41,033 bases of DNA from IMG/VR virus record IMGVR_UViG_3300032233_002605, positions 1-41,033 of that record. One strand, written 5' to 3'. Source of the DNA: a virus (Duplodnaviria; Caudoviricetes). Of the stretch, positions 18,729 through 28,842 are shown in pieces. A model generated the notes under the pieces. It was not told where the DNA came from and did not search any database. It saw only the letters and a list, made by a program, of their open reading frames with translations. Positions within the stretch are counted from its first letter, which is position 1; every line of letters begins with the position of its first letter. The translations under genes were made by a program, and so were the position numbers.

Positions 18729-19897
18729 CAAAGCTATATGCCAAACAGCTTTTAAACTTACTAGGCTCGTTCTGGAGCCGGCTATTTGGCAATGGTGCTC
18801 TACTGCGTCAACTTGTCAAAGGGCAGCTTGTAACGCACGAGCAGTCGGAACAAAATGTCAGCGATCTGGTTAAGTCTGTGGGCAATCAGGAGATTCCCGC
18901 GGGACGCACTACCAGTTGGACTAAATTTGTTTTTAGCTATTACAATCAAACAAAAATTGAGCATGGGGATCCTAATAAAAAATACGGACCCTATCCGATA
19001 ATTTACAGTTACGGTCAACTAAATACCGACGTTATAGCTTACGACTTGCCAGAAGAGTTATTGTCTATCCCGTTTTTATATGACGATATAGCGCAGCCTA
19101 CAAAAGTGCTTACCGAAAATATAGATTTTAAAATTGAAGACAATAAGCTGTACTTTAGAACTCCCCTTAGACTAGATGGAAAAGAAACCGTTTTCTACGC
19201 TAGAAATGTTGTAAAAGAGGCAGGATTTACTACAAGTAGATTAGGTTACGCTTTAGGTGTAGCTCTATCAGATGAGGTGTATTCTGTCGTCCCGTTTAAG
19301 CATCTCTGGAGATTAGGATCCTACGGTCCCAACTATCTAGATATGTTGACTATGTTAGGCTCTTGCGCTAACTCCCCAGTCACACAAAATGACGAACAGG
19401 TTGAGTTGGTTTACGCATACGGACCCACTACAGTTGTGGTTACTGATAAGGCAGGATACGTTGCTCCTACAGCTAAAATAAACGCACTTAAAGTAGGACA
19501 AGCTCTTCCTCAAGGTACCTCGCTAACTAGTAGCCTACAGATCATCCACGATAAAGACGTTTATGTAACGGAATCTATACCGGCTCCTTACAGAGATCGT
19601 AAGACTTTTAAGTACGGTAAAGAACTGGCAATTGCTAGTTCTATGATTATTATCAAGGCAGACATTCAGGGTCCTGCAGCTGCTGCACTTAAAGTTTTTA
19701 GGCAAACACTCCCTGTTGATGTAAAAGTCTTAATATTTACCAACATTAATATAGTGGAGCCTATACTTGTAAGCACCGCTTTTGGCTTTGACTGCAAAGC
19801 CTCGTACAGCGTCATTACTCCAGCTCTTGCTATAAACGAAAGCCAGGTTTCTGTTAAAGCCACTTCCCGGGTAAAATACTCCACCTACGGATATTAA
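18725..19897 (+). CDS. Baseplate wedge subunit (I/gp7-like)
   Basis: Follows the J-like gene with ATGA overlap (start 18725). 'LLGSFWSRLF' N-terminus. Confidence 0.55.
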   Translation: MTKLYAKQLLNLLGSFWSRLFGNGALLRQLVKGQLVTHEQSEQNVSDLVKSVGNQEIPAGRTTSWTKFVFSYYNQTKIEHGDPNKKYGPYPIIYSYGQLNTDVIAYDLPEELLSIPFLYDDIAQPTKVLTENIDFKIEDNKLYFRTPLRLDGKETVFYARNVVKEAGFTTSRLGYALGVALSDEVYSVVPFKHLWRLGSYGPNYLDMLTMLGSCANSPVTQNDEQVELVYAYGPTTVVVTDKAGYVAPTAKINALKVGQALPQGTSLTSSLQIIHDKDVYVTESIPAPYRDRKTFKYGKELAIASSMIIIKADIQGPAAAALKVFRQTLPVDVKVLIFTNINIVEPILVSTAFGFDCKASYSVITPALAINESQVSVKATSRVKYSTYGY

Positions 19898-19899
19898 TA

Positions 19900-20403
19900 A
19901 TGGTCACAACATTCACAGCAGAACTTCCCTTAGGAATTGCCAAAGCCGTTGCCGAGCAGCCGCATAAAATGTACTTATATCTAGAGTACACAAATACGGT
20001 TGGCAATATTCCAACTGGGTATACAACTGCTGCTGCTATTCCTAATTTTTCAAATCCTAAAGACTACTATAAGCAGCTATCAGGTAAAAACTATCTGAGA
20101 GTCCAGGCCATTAGAGATCCAAATATAGTTTCGTCTGTGGCAGGCAGCGTATACACAACGTCTACTAACTTCTTTGGGCAGTCTAGCGGCACTTCGGCCG
20201 GGCAGTTGGCTGGAGAAACTTTTGGCACAAGCTCTATCTGCTATGGAGCAGCACTCGTGCTAGCCGTAGATGAGAGCGAACCCAGCTCTGACGTTGTCTT
20301 AGCTAGAGCTTACTTTACCGGGGCTGGAGAGCGCCTTACCAAAACCGCTAGCTCTGAATTGTTTGTAACCTTCCCACTCACCGTAAGCGTAACGGCACCA
20401 TAA
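19900..20403 (+). CDS. Baseplate/tail-fibre attachment protein
   Basis: 167 aa, beta-rich; 'ICYGAALV...VVLARAYF...KTASSELFVTF' resembles fibre-collar N-terminal domains. Confidence 0.45.
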   Translation: MVTTFTAELPLGIAKAVAEQPHKMYLYLEYTNTVGNIPTGYTTAAAIPNFSNPKDYYKQLSGKNYLRVQAIRDPNIVSSVAGSVYTTSTNFFGQSSGTSAGQLAGETFGTSSICYGAALVLAVDESEPSSDVVLARAYFTGAGERLTKTASSELFVTFPLTVSVTAP

Positions 20404-20407
20404 TCCT

Positions 20408-22606
20408 ATGAGCTCCATTCAACCCTGGCAAAGCGTAATTGAGACGATTAAAAACGGTGAGCCTATCACCGCTGAGGTGGCCAATCGCGCTATTGCTCAG
20501 CTGGCTTATCGCACCCAGCACCTCAAAGATCGCCAGGATGCACAAAGTCTGGCAGCTGCGATCTTCATATCGGGCGCTCCATTTACGGACGACGTAAAGA
20601 CCGGACATGCGGTTTACTTCAATCCGGTATCTGCAAAGTTTGCTCCAGCTTACGCTGATATGGAGTACAAGGATGGCTATTTGCAAGCCTCAGAGGCTTC
20701 TACGGTTGCAGGTATCGTTGTATACAAAGATACGACTAACTCCGGCGTCATCGTAGTAGAGGGCTTGGTTGATCCATCTCTCTACATAGCTATCGACTGC
20801 ACCGGCGAATCTATTGTCTCTAATCTTCTTTTAAATCCTGCAGATCGTGGGGTGTTGTATCTGGCCTCGGGATCTGCGACTGCTGGCTCTTTGACACCTA
20901 AGCCTGGCTTACTGAATATTCCTATTTGCACTCTGCTTGACGATACGCACCTTTTGGTTCGTCCGCCAATCACTTCGCCTTTGGATACTCAGGCTCTTCG
21001 CTTTCAATTGACCGCAAGGCCTGCCACCCCAGAGCTTATTCTACAGCGCGTCTCTGGCGGAGCTGTAGAGAACTTCCCTGGAGGTGCAGCCTCTGCACTA
21101 ACAGTAGGGACTACAGTTCAGCTATACAGCCACTCTTACGCAAATCCCGATACCGTAGGGAACATCTACCTTACCGGCAAGGTACATTCGCTAACTTCAA
21201 ATGAGTTGCGCCTCGTAGACGTTGTATTGACTAAATATGGAATTCAGCAACTTAACACAAACAGCGCAGATTACGACCTAGTATTTAAGGCCTCTGCGGG
21301 CATAGGCCTTGCCGTAAAAGTACCTAACACAGTTACAGGCTACAGGATCAGCTACGGCGTAAATAGCTCAACAGCAGCTGGCATTACATCCTACATCTCT
21401 CCAATTGACGCTACTTCGCCCAGTGTAGGGTACGTAATTAAGGGTCAATACGTAGACTCATCTCTACCGGGTTGGATGCCCGCTACAGCTCAGTACTTCC
21501 CAGACTCGGTCATTCCGCCAACAGCAAAATATGGATATAACTTTGCGGCAGATAAAGTCCTACATCAGCTATTTCCAGAAACGGTAGTAGGTGCGTATGT
21601 CGTATCCAAGAACGGCATAGCCCTACCAGACACAACTGTCGAAGCTGGCAGTAACGGCATTTGGTGGGCCGATCCGTTCCTCACGGTGCCGTGGAATAAG
21701 GTTGGTCCTAAGCATGTGCTGCCAGACACCAACATAAAGTTTGGCGATTGGTCTCTAAATGATGCAGGTCAAATTGTACCGCCTGTTGATCTCACCTTGG
21801 TATACACAAAACTAGTAAGCGGGGGCATCAAGGTTGTAACCAGTCTGGAAACACCTGCAGACTCTCCAATTACGATTACAGATCCAGACGGCAGACCTGC
21901 GACAAATGGCCCACTGATTATCAAGGCAGGCTTTACAGTCACAGACGCTTCTACTACAGAACCCGGATCTCTGGTCGTTAAGGACATTACCAACTTCACG
22001 ATGAAGCGTGGACGTGTGGTAGAGAAGCTCATTGCAGGTACAAACATAAGCCTTAACTCTACATTTGCTGGGGGTCAAGGCGAAGTAACAGTTGGAGTGG
22101 TTGGCCTTGATGGCAAGCTGGAAGGGCAGCCGGATATCTTGACAATTGACGATGTTCTTATTGAGAAGGACTCGGCAACAAATGTTTTCTATTCTTCAAT
22201 GCCTCCAGCTAAGAACTCATCGATTCTTGGCAAGGTAGATATTCCTGCTTATCTAGACGGTAACTACAAATTAAATCTTGTTATCACTTTCCTAGCGCTG
22301 CATGCTTCTGGCGCCACTGCTATGCCTAACTTAGAGCTTAGCTGGGTAAACATGAAACCACCGCCAGCTGCGCAAAAGTACAATCTAACAAATTCTACTC
22401 ATGTTACGAGTGGGACAATTTCTGGTGGATTGCCAATTCTAACTGGAACGGCAATACCTAAAGACTATTTTATTAAAACCGTGGAGCTGGACACCGCATA
22501 CGCAGGAGGCGAGATATTCTTCCGTCTTGCTAGATCGTCATCGGATGCCTACACTGGTAAGCTAGGAATTGTTTCTCTGCGGTATAGATTTATAAAGTTT
22601 ACTTAA
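20408..22606 (+). CDS. Tail fibre/baseplate structural protein
   Basis: N-terminal 'IKNGEPITAEVANRAIAQLAYRTQHLK' is a common myophage fibre anchor motif. 732 aa, beta-rich. Confidence 0.65.
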   Translation: MSSIQPWQSVIETIKNGEPITAEVANRAIAQLAYRTQHLKDRQDAQSLAAAIFISGAPFTDDVKTGHAVYFNPVSAKFAPAYADMEYKDGYLQASEASTVAGIVVYKDTTNSGVIVVEGLVDPSLYIAIDCTGESIVSNLLLNPADRGVLYLASGSATAGSLTPKPGLLNIPICTLLDDTHLLVRPPITSPLDTQALRFQLTARPATPELILQRVSGGAVENFPGGAASALTVGTTVQLYSHSYANPDTVGNIYLTGKVHSLTSNELRLVDVVLTKYGIQQLNTNSADYDLVFKASAGIGLAVKVPNTVTGYRISYGVNSSTAAGITSYISPIDATSPSVGYVIKGQYVDSSLPGWMPATAQYFPDSVIPPTAKYGYNFAADKVLHQLFPETVVGAYVVSKNGIALPDTTVEAGSNGIWWADPFLTVPWNKVGPKHVLPDTNIKFGDWSLNDAGQIVPPVDLTLVYTKLVSGGIKVVTSLETPADSPITITDPDGRPATNGPLIIKAGFTVTDASTTEPGSLVVKDITNFTMKRGRVVEKLIAGTNISLNSTFAGGQGEVTVGVVGLDGKLEGQPDILTIDDVLIEKDSATNVFYSSMPPAKNSSILGKVDIPAYLDGNYKLNLVITFLALHASGATAMPNLELSWVNMKPPPAAQKYNLTNSTHVTSGTISGGLPILTGTAIPKDYFIKTVELDTAYAGGEIFFRLARSSSDAYTGKLGIVSLRYRFIKFT

Positions 22607-22608
22607 AA

Positions 22609-22655
22609 TTGAGATAAGCCAGGCGTTCAGTAAACTAGGCTTCCTGGCTTGGAGG
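22609..22655 (+). promoter_or_regulatory. Possible promoter plus inverted repeat and SD before the Cys-rich gene series
   Basis: TTGAGA (22609-14), 16 nt, TAAACT (22631-36). AAGCCAGG (22616-23)/CCTGGCTT (22643-50) inverted repeat. GGAGG at 22651-55. Confidence 0.4.
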
Positions 22656-22659
22656 CTTT

Positions 22660-23622
22660 ATGTCTGCAATAATTGGAACGGAATGGCTAAACTCAAACTC
22701 ACTAAGAAACTATCCTCTTAGTCAGCTGGCAACACAACAAGCCAATAACTCCTCGTTTGAAATGCCAAACGAGTTGTTTGTTGATATGAAGTTGGCGGTA
22801 CCATATATAGCAGGACTTAAGCCTGCTGGCTTCTATATCAGCTCTATTACGGTTTATCCTCAGGGCTTTGTATTTGAGTTGGGCTACGACGGAGAATTCC
22901 AAGCTCCGAGTATTGCCGTATCCTCCCCTGTGGCATTTGCGGGTTTTACGCAAAATACCTCAGTAACAATTAAAGGCATCTCCTCCAGCTCTATATATGA
23001 TTTTTCCCAGATCTCCGGCGTGGCGGTTATCGGAGACGTGACAAAGCTACAAGGCGCGGTAGGTACTCTTACCTTTAATCTAGCCGGCTCTCGACTCGAG
23101 TCAACGGTTGTCAGCTTTGGGCTTAAGAGAATTAGTGGAATTAGAGTTGTTAACTCCGGATTTACTACACCGGTTCTATCGGGCCAGATCTCTCTACAAA
23201 GCGGGTCGAATCACAGCATCGCAGTTACGTCCTCGCCTGAATACAGCTCTTTACGATTCAATGCTGTAGACGGAGGCGGACTGGCAGAAACTTGCGACTG
23301 CAACGACATTGAGTTGAGCCCCTGCATTAGAACAATAAACGGCATACAAGGTGATGCCCAAGGAAACATTGCTATCGTCGGCGGAGACTGTGTCTCTGTT
23401 GTAACAAGCAACGACGGTATTAGCATATCGGATACTTGTGCAAAGCCTTGCTGTGGTTGTAACGAGTTGCAGGTTGTCGTAACTGATACTGAAAACCTAA
23501 ATAATCGACTTACAGAGCTTGCTCTGCAAATCACGCAATTAGCCTCATCTGTAGCCAATCTACAGAATGTATGTCTTAGCTCTTCTACTGACCCAACTAG
23601 CTGCGCGCAGGATCCAGGTTGA
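22660..23622 (+). CDS. Virion structural protein, paralog family member 1 (N-x-N-x-x-R-x-YP start; CxxPCCxC + coiled coil)
   Basis: EWLNSNSLRNYPL, IRTINGIQGDAQGNI, CAKPCCGC followed by a heptad-like tail. Confidence 0.65.
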   Translation: MSAIIGTEWLNSNSLRNYPLSQLATQQANNSSFEMPNELFVDMKLAVPYIAGLKPAGFYISSITVYPQGFVFELGYDGEFQAPSIAVSSPVAFAGFTQNTSVTIKGISSSSIYDFSQISGVAVIGDVTKLQGAVGTLTFNLAGSRLESTVVSFGLKRISGIRVVNSGFTTPVLSGQISLQSGSNHSIAVTSSPEYSSLRFNAVDGGGLAETCDCNDIELSPCIRTINGIQGDAQGNIAIVGGDCVSVVTSNDGISISDTCAKPCCGCNELQVVVTDTENLNNRLTELALQITQLASSVANLQNVCLSSSTDPTSCAQDPG

Positions 23623-23623
23623 T

Positions 23624-25522
23624 ATGGCACTACGTAAATACGCTGCAGGCTTTCTTGAGGAGTGCGAGTCTAATGGCTTGCCGTTTTTAACAACGGCAGC
23701 TAATGGCAATCCTCCTATTGTTGCTTTTAAAGCATTTGGTTCATTCAGCCCAAGCATGGCTTATCTGGAGCACGTAACTATTACTCCAACTTTAGGGGCA
23801 GGACCTAGATTAAAGTGTAACGTAATAACTGGATCTGGTCCTTTATTTACAAGACAAAATTTTGAGACCGCCACGTCAACCACAGCCGGACCTTATTCCG
23901 CTACGGATAGATTCTATATAACCGAAGAGTCCGTAGGTGGATACACCCATGGTCTGTTAGCGGATACGCAAAAGGGCGCCTACATAACCTATGTAATTTT
24001 AGAGGACGTGGCATTCGACTCCTACCCTATTAGCGCTTACTCGCTTGCTCCGTTTTGCCTAGAGCCAGAGCTTGGAGTTGTAGCGGTAGACGTAAACAAC
24101 AATCTACTACCCACTAAGCCCATCTGGATTACCGAAGGCTATAACTACTCTTTAGACTACGCTGCAGAAGACCCTGTAAACGTATCTTTTGCTGTAAGTC
24201 CCGGCGCTGGAGCAGGACTAGTGCCCTGCAACGATGTCATAGAGCCTGACAATGTCATTAGGCGTATTAATGGACAAGAGGCAAACGACAAAGGGGAGTA
24301 CGGATTTCAGGCTGAGTCTGCGGACTGCATAACGGTAGACAGCCGATATCTGCCAAACGGCAACCCACAAATTACTGTAAACGCACACTGCGCCCCTTGC
24401 TGTCGTTGTCAAGACTACAAAGACACCTCAGAGTACATCAAAGGTGTAGCGCTGCTGTACTACAAAGCAGTAAAGAAACTTAAAGAACTTATTACGGAGT
24501 ACAACAGCGTATCTCAACAATTTAAAAATAGAGCAGCCTGTTGTCCTACCTTTGGTTCGTTTACGCCACGGTTCCGAATGTGGCCTCAGCAAAACTTTAA
24601 GCTTCAGATCCAGGCCATGGCGGAAAACAACACCGGACACACCATCCGAGCGTTGAGTATGAAACTAAGACATGCTGTCACAGCGGCAAACGACATGTCC
24701 GCCACTGACGAAAACGGCAACGTATATACCGTTCAAAGAGATCAACCTCTTGCCGTCATTCCTATTTCAGAAGCTTCGTACCTATACTATAAAAATCTAA
24801 ATCCAACATCAAAGGGATTAGAATTTAACATACAGTCACAAGGTGTAGTTGAAACCAATGTAGACCTAGTGGCATTGCCTGGATTGCCTTCTTGCCAGTT
24901 AGAGCAGCGTACAGATATTCCTTCCTGTACTGGCTATCTAATGATGACCTCAGGCGTAGTTATCGTAGACCCTATCTTCAGAAAGATTGTTAATCTTAAT
25001 GGAAGCCCTGGCTACGTAAACATCGCTCTTACTTTTACTTACTACGGCAGTTCTCCAAGTCCAGCAGGATCTCCCTGCGGTGAAGCACAAAATAGAATCA
25101 TTGCTCAAAACGTAGTTAAACAAGTAGCGATGTCCCCAAATAAGAAGTCAGTAAATCCTTGCCCTCCGGCAACCGGATCCTATGTGACTGTAGGATCGGA
25201 TAGAAGTCTTTCTATCAAGTTCTCAGATGCAGTTCACGGGGAAGGATCTCTTACCTTAATTTATAGAACTTTTGCAGACAACGCTTGGACTACTGCTTCA
25301 AGCAGTTCTATTTCTCTTAATCTTACTGGTCAGTTTGAGGCACGGCTGGGAAGTATTCCTGCCGAATACACGGGCGCAATACAAGTTGCAGTCAAGTACA
25401 CACCTCCTGCAGCAGGGGAGCCTGGAGCATTTGTAACTAAGTGCAAGGCTGTCGATGCATCGGATGACGAAGTCGACATTCCAGCAGAGGCTTTTGAAAC
25501 TGCGGCAACCTTGCTGCTATAA
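23624..25522 (+). CDS. Virion structural protein, paralog family member 2
   Basis: ATG at 23624 lies just after the upstream stop. Contains IRRINGQEANDKGE and CAPCCRC followed by a coiled coil. Confidence 0.65.
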   Translation: MALRKYAAGFLEECESNGLPFLTTAANGNPPIVAFKAFGSFSPSMAYLEHVTITPTLGAGPRLKCNVITGSGPLFTRQNFETATSTTAGPYSATDRFYITEESVGGYTHGLLADTQKGAYITYVILEDVAFDSYPISAYSLAPFCLEPELGVVAVDVNNNLLPTKPIWITEGYNYSLDYAAEDPVNVSFAVSPGAGAGLVPCNDVIEPDNVIRRINGQEANDKGEYGFQAESADCITVDSRYLPNGNPQITVNAHCAPCCRCQDYKDTSEYIKGVALLYYKAVKKLKELITEYNSVSQQFKNRAACCPTFGSFTPRFRMWPQQNFKLQIQAMAENNTGHTIRALSMKLRHAVTAANDMSATDENGNVYTVQRDQPLAVIPISEASYLYYKNLNPTSKGLEFNIQSQGVVETNVDLVALPGLPSCQLEQRTDIPSCTGYLMMTSGVVIVDPIFRKIVNLNGSPGYVNIALTFTYYGSSPSPAGSPCGEAQNRIIAQNVVKQVAMSPNKKSVNPCPPATGSYVTVGSDRSLSIKFSDAVHGEGSLTLIYRTFADNAWTTASSSSISLNLTGQFEARLGSIPAEYTGAIQVAVKYTPPAAGEPGAFVTKCKAVDASDDEVDIPAEAFETAATLLL

Positions 25523-25530
25523 GGAATACC

Positions 25531-27081
25531 ATGAAAGTAGTTAGCAGAGATTTTCTTAACGACAATGAGTACCGCTCATATCCGGTAGACGATAGAGCTA
25601 CATTTGAGCCTTACGCTAATACAGATGTATCGGCTGTAAATTCTTTGCTATCCGATATTAAGCTAATTCTGCCGGGGTCTATTGCTGCATGTGCGTTTAT
25701 TGCCAGCATTAAAGTGACTAATGCACTAGTCACTTTAACAATCATGGGATCCCAGACACACCCATTCTCGCCAAATACTCCGCCAGCAACACTTATCAAT
25801 GAACAGTATTCAGTATTAGGTGCATTTGTTTTAGCTACAGTACAGGTACGCCGTAGTTCTAACCTGCCGGGATCTGTAGTTGAAATTCAATCTGATGTGC
25901 CGGGTGTAGGCGGTTGGATTGTATTTGGATCTGGAATTCTTAATCCGGGGTCTTGGTCTTTCTCCGGCCCCCAGGCTTCCATGATTTCAGACCAATGCGT
26001 AACTCGCTACGAATACGGCGGCGTTACTAGCATCGGCCGCCTTAATTTCAATACAGCAGTAGACGGGCAAGTTCAATTAGTAGGGCAAAATGGAATTGAA
26101 GTGGTGCCCGATGACAAGGGCCTTGCTATTCAATTTAGCGGTACTAAAGGTGAGATACGACAAAGCCTGCAATCCTATCTTGGACAATGTGGCGGTAGAC
26201 CAGAATCAAATACCTGTGCATTTACGGCTATTAAAAGCATTAATGGACTGGTACCTCAAGGACAGGATAGAGGGCTGGTAATCGTATTGGATAAACCCTT
26301 ATACGCTACATATGAAGGATCTGGAGATAAGGAAATTGTTGTCGTCTCTTCCGATCTAGAGCTGTCTGCCTTCTGCAAGGGTCGCATTGATATACCTGAA
26401 AGCTGCAGCACTGCTCAAGGATTTACAGAGTTTACAACTAGAGCCTACACGGTAACTCCTACAAGAGTAGCTTTAAGCCCTAATACAAAACTTACATTTG
26501 AAATTATTGTAAATAGGTTAGTGCAATCTTACAGATTTACCTATACGCAACAGCATCCTACTCGCGAAGCTATAGCGGTATTTACTAGTAATAATCCCAT
26601 CGTCGCATTTGGTGAGACGTTGCTGTATCTACATGTGGATGAGGTTTTATCTGAGTGGCAACTCTACGACAACGCAGGTCCAAGCCTTATAGGATTTGGT
26701 CCGGTTGCTACTAACCTTCGTAGCGAATCAGATATTGTCTACCAGGGCTCGCAATACCACATGATCTTGGGACCGACGACAATTTACGATCAATTGGGAA
26801 TCACTCAACTCATTGTTGGTATTCAGGCTCCAGATAGTTTTGAAGAAGCCGGGACTTACATACGTAAAAGCTACGGTAGATATGAGCATATATCTAATCC
26901 TGGTTATTACGTTGAAATTCAGGGAGCCCCCAATGACGTATGGGCAGTTAACAATAATGGACTATTGTTGGCAGCAGGTACTTTAGACAGTGACGGTAGA
27001 GGCGTGCAAACTCAAACTTATGTTAGATCAAATGGCGAGTCTGCTATTAGATCTATTGTCATACTAGGAGTTACTTCGTGA
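25531..27081 (+). CDS. Virion structural protein, paralog family member 3
   Basis: DFLNDNEYRSYPV and IKSINGLVP motifs. AAGGA SD. Confidence 0.65.
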   Translation: MKVVSRDFLNDNEYRSYPVDDRATFEPYANTDVSAVNSLLSDIKLILPGSIAACAFIASIKVTNALVTLTIMGSQTHPFSPNTPPATLINEQYSVLGAFVLATVQVRRSSNLPGSVVEIQSDVPGVGGWIVFGSGILNPGSWSFSGPQASMISDQCVTRYEYGGVTSIGRLNFNTAVDGQVQLVGQNGIEVVPDDKGLAIQFSGTKGEIRQSLQSYLGQCGGRPESNTCAFTAIKSINGLVPQGQDRGLVIVLDKPLYATYEGSGDKEIVVVSSDLELSAFCKGRIDIPESCSTAQGFTEFTTRAYTVTPTRVALSPNTKLTFEIIVNRLVQSYRFTYTQQHPTREAIAVFTSNNPIVAFGETLLYLHVDEVLSEWQLYDNAGPSLIGFGPVATNLRSESDIVYQGSQYHMILGPTTIYDQLGITQLIVGIQAPDSFEEAGTYIRKSYGRYEHISNPGYYVEIQGAPNDVWAVNNNGLLLAAGTLDSDGRGVQTQTYVRSNGESAIRSIVILGVTS

Positions 27082-27911
27082 ACCCTATTCCTCATTTAGA
27101 GTGGCGTAATCTTAACTCTAATAGAAACTATCCGTTTATGGATAGCAGCAGTCTTATTTTTGATGGCGGGTTTATCCCGCAGAGCTGGATAGTAGATGCT
27201 CGCATTTATGCACGTGGAAACTACTCTGAGGAGCAGCCTTGCTATATCAGCAAGATGGTGAGAACAAATACACTGGTCGCTCTTGAGATATCTACAAGTT
27301 CTGGATTTGTTTTGGGCGAGGCTATAATTAAGTTTGGAGAGACAAAAGACATAATATCTGTCTTTGATGGCAGCGTCCTAGCCGGATGTCTAGTCATTGA
27401 TCCAGCTAGGAGTTCACTGCTGCAATCTGTAGACGAAGGAGAGTACTCCTTGACGGCAGACTCTGCTACGTTTCTACCTGCTGTCTGTGAATACCTGCCT
27501 GAGACGCAAGTTCAATCTATCAATAATAAGTCTGCAAATGTGACGCTTACAGGTAATGAAGGAATTAAAGTAGAAAGACTTAATAGTACTACTATTAAAA
27601 TTAGCATCTTAGGCGACCCACACTTTACTAGATACGAGTGTGTAGTAGATTCCGCCTCTGCGCCAGCTGAAGTGCTCGATCTAAACGGAGTGTTTCTTAA
27701 AAATTTAACAATCGTACACTACGTTAAATCTGCGGCTGGAACATTGCTGGGACCCTTTGTAAGCAAGCTAAAACAAAAGCCAGACGGCTCTGTTGTACTG
27801 GCCCTCAAGACAAAAGAGTTTGAAGTAGGTAGTTCTGAGCCAGACATGCGTCCGGCTTTCAGAATAACCACCGAAGTTAATTCTCTCGTATTCAGCATGG
27901 CAGGCGGATGA
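27078..27911 (+). CDS. Virion structural protein, paralog family member 4
   Basis: EWRNLNSNRNYPF and VQSINNKSANVTL motifs. GTG start overlaps the upstream stop. Confidence 0.65.
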   Translation: MNPIPHLEWRNLNSNRNYPFMDSSSLIFDGGFIPQSWIVDARIYARGNYSEEQPCYISKMVRTNTLVALEISTSSGFVLGEAIIKFGETKDIISVFDGSVLAGCLVIDPARSSLLQSVDEGEYSLTADSATFLPAVCEYLPETQVQSINNKSANVTLTGNEGIKVERLNSTTIKISILGDPHFTRYECVVDSASAPAEVLDLNGVFLKNLTIVHYVKSAAGTLLGPFVSKLKQKPDGSVVLALKTKEFEVGSSEPDMRPAFRITTEVNSLVFSMAGG

Positions 27912-27912
27912 C

Positions 27913-28842
27913 ATGTACACTGCATTTAATCAAATAGCCTATCCGTTAGTCAACTTCAGCTCCGGTTCTACTGAGCAGGTTCGGGCTCTACGTTCTACTT
28001 TAGTAGACTTTAAGATATACATAGCAGGGGATAGTTTTTCTACCGTACCTAAAGTGACCTTGGTATCGCTGTATAAAGCTACAGGACAACCATTAAAGTT
28101 ACTGCTAGAACTTAAGGTAGACAGCATACTACTGGGTTCTACTATTCTTACTGTGGTTAACGACTCTTATGCTACGCAAGAGTTTGTACGCTATTACTTT
28201 GACTCAGACGACTGGCCTGTAGTATCTGGGTATAAAGTTGAAGGGTACATTTGTCTAAGCAATGCTCAAACTCTTTTTCAAACTTTTGCAGCAGAGCAGC
28301 CTATCGCTATAAATGTTGCCTTTGAGCCGAGTACAGTAGTGGCTCTAAGCAACCATAGAGTACATCAAATTACCTGCAGATCTGCCCAACCGCTTTTACA
28401 GCAGACGCCCACCGTTAGATACAATGCGGAGTCTTTGCCAGTTATGGGGGATGTTAAGTTAGTAGCAGGTAATAACTGCACTATATCTGTGCTTCCAGCT
28501 ACAAAGACAATCATTGTTGGAGCACAGCAAGGAGCTAACGACTCCGGCGATGAGCTATGCGGAGTCTGGTCTGAGAAAGTAAGTCCAAAAGACATTCTCT
28601 GCGATGAGGCAATTTACAGCATTTCTGGCGTAGATCCTGATAGCAATGGAAACATTGACATCAAAGCCGAAACCCCGTTAGTTGTAAGTTCTCTTACAGA
28701 AACAGAGTTAGCACGAGTAGCCCCTGCGTTTATCCCCATTGTAAGTCAATTTCCAGATATAATACGCTTTATCTACGTAGGTCTACCTCAGTCGGCCGGT
28801 AATGCTAGCGTGTTTAATTGTGATACTCAAGGAACGCCATGA
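27913..28842 (+). CDS. Virion structural protein, paralog family member 5
   Basis: FNQIAYPL, GDVKLVAGNN, IYSISGVDPDSNGNIDI motifs. Confidence 0.6.
   Translation: MYTAFNQIAYPLVNFSSGSTEQVRALRSTLVDFKIYIAGDSFSTVPKVTLVSLYKATGQPLKLLLELKVDSILLGSTILTVVNDSYATQEFVRYYFDSDDWPVVSGYKVEGYICLSNAQTLFQTFAAEQPIAINVAFEPSTVVALSNHRVHQITCRSAQPLLQQTPTVRYNAESLPVMGDVKLVAGNNCTISVLPATKTIIVGAQQGANDSGDELCGVWSEKVSPKDILCDEAIYSISGVDPDSNGNIDIKAETPLVVSSLTETELARVAPAFIPIVSQFPDIIRFIYVGLPQSAGNASVFNCDTQGTP

Noticed and set aside
2298-22606. Interpretation as an extracellular contractile injection system, tailocin or T6SS
   Set aside because: There is no AAA ATPase or T6SS membrane complex. Gap-free phage-like gene packing, a sigma factor, putative head cargo genes and a primase-like gene point to a phage genome, though capsid genes are outside the window.
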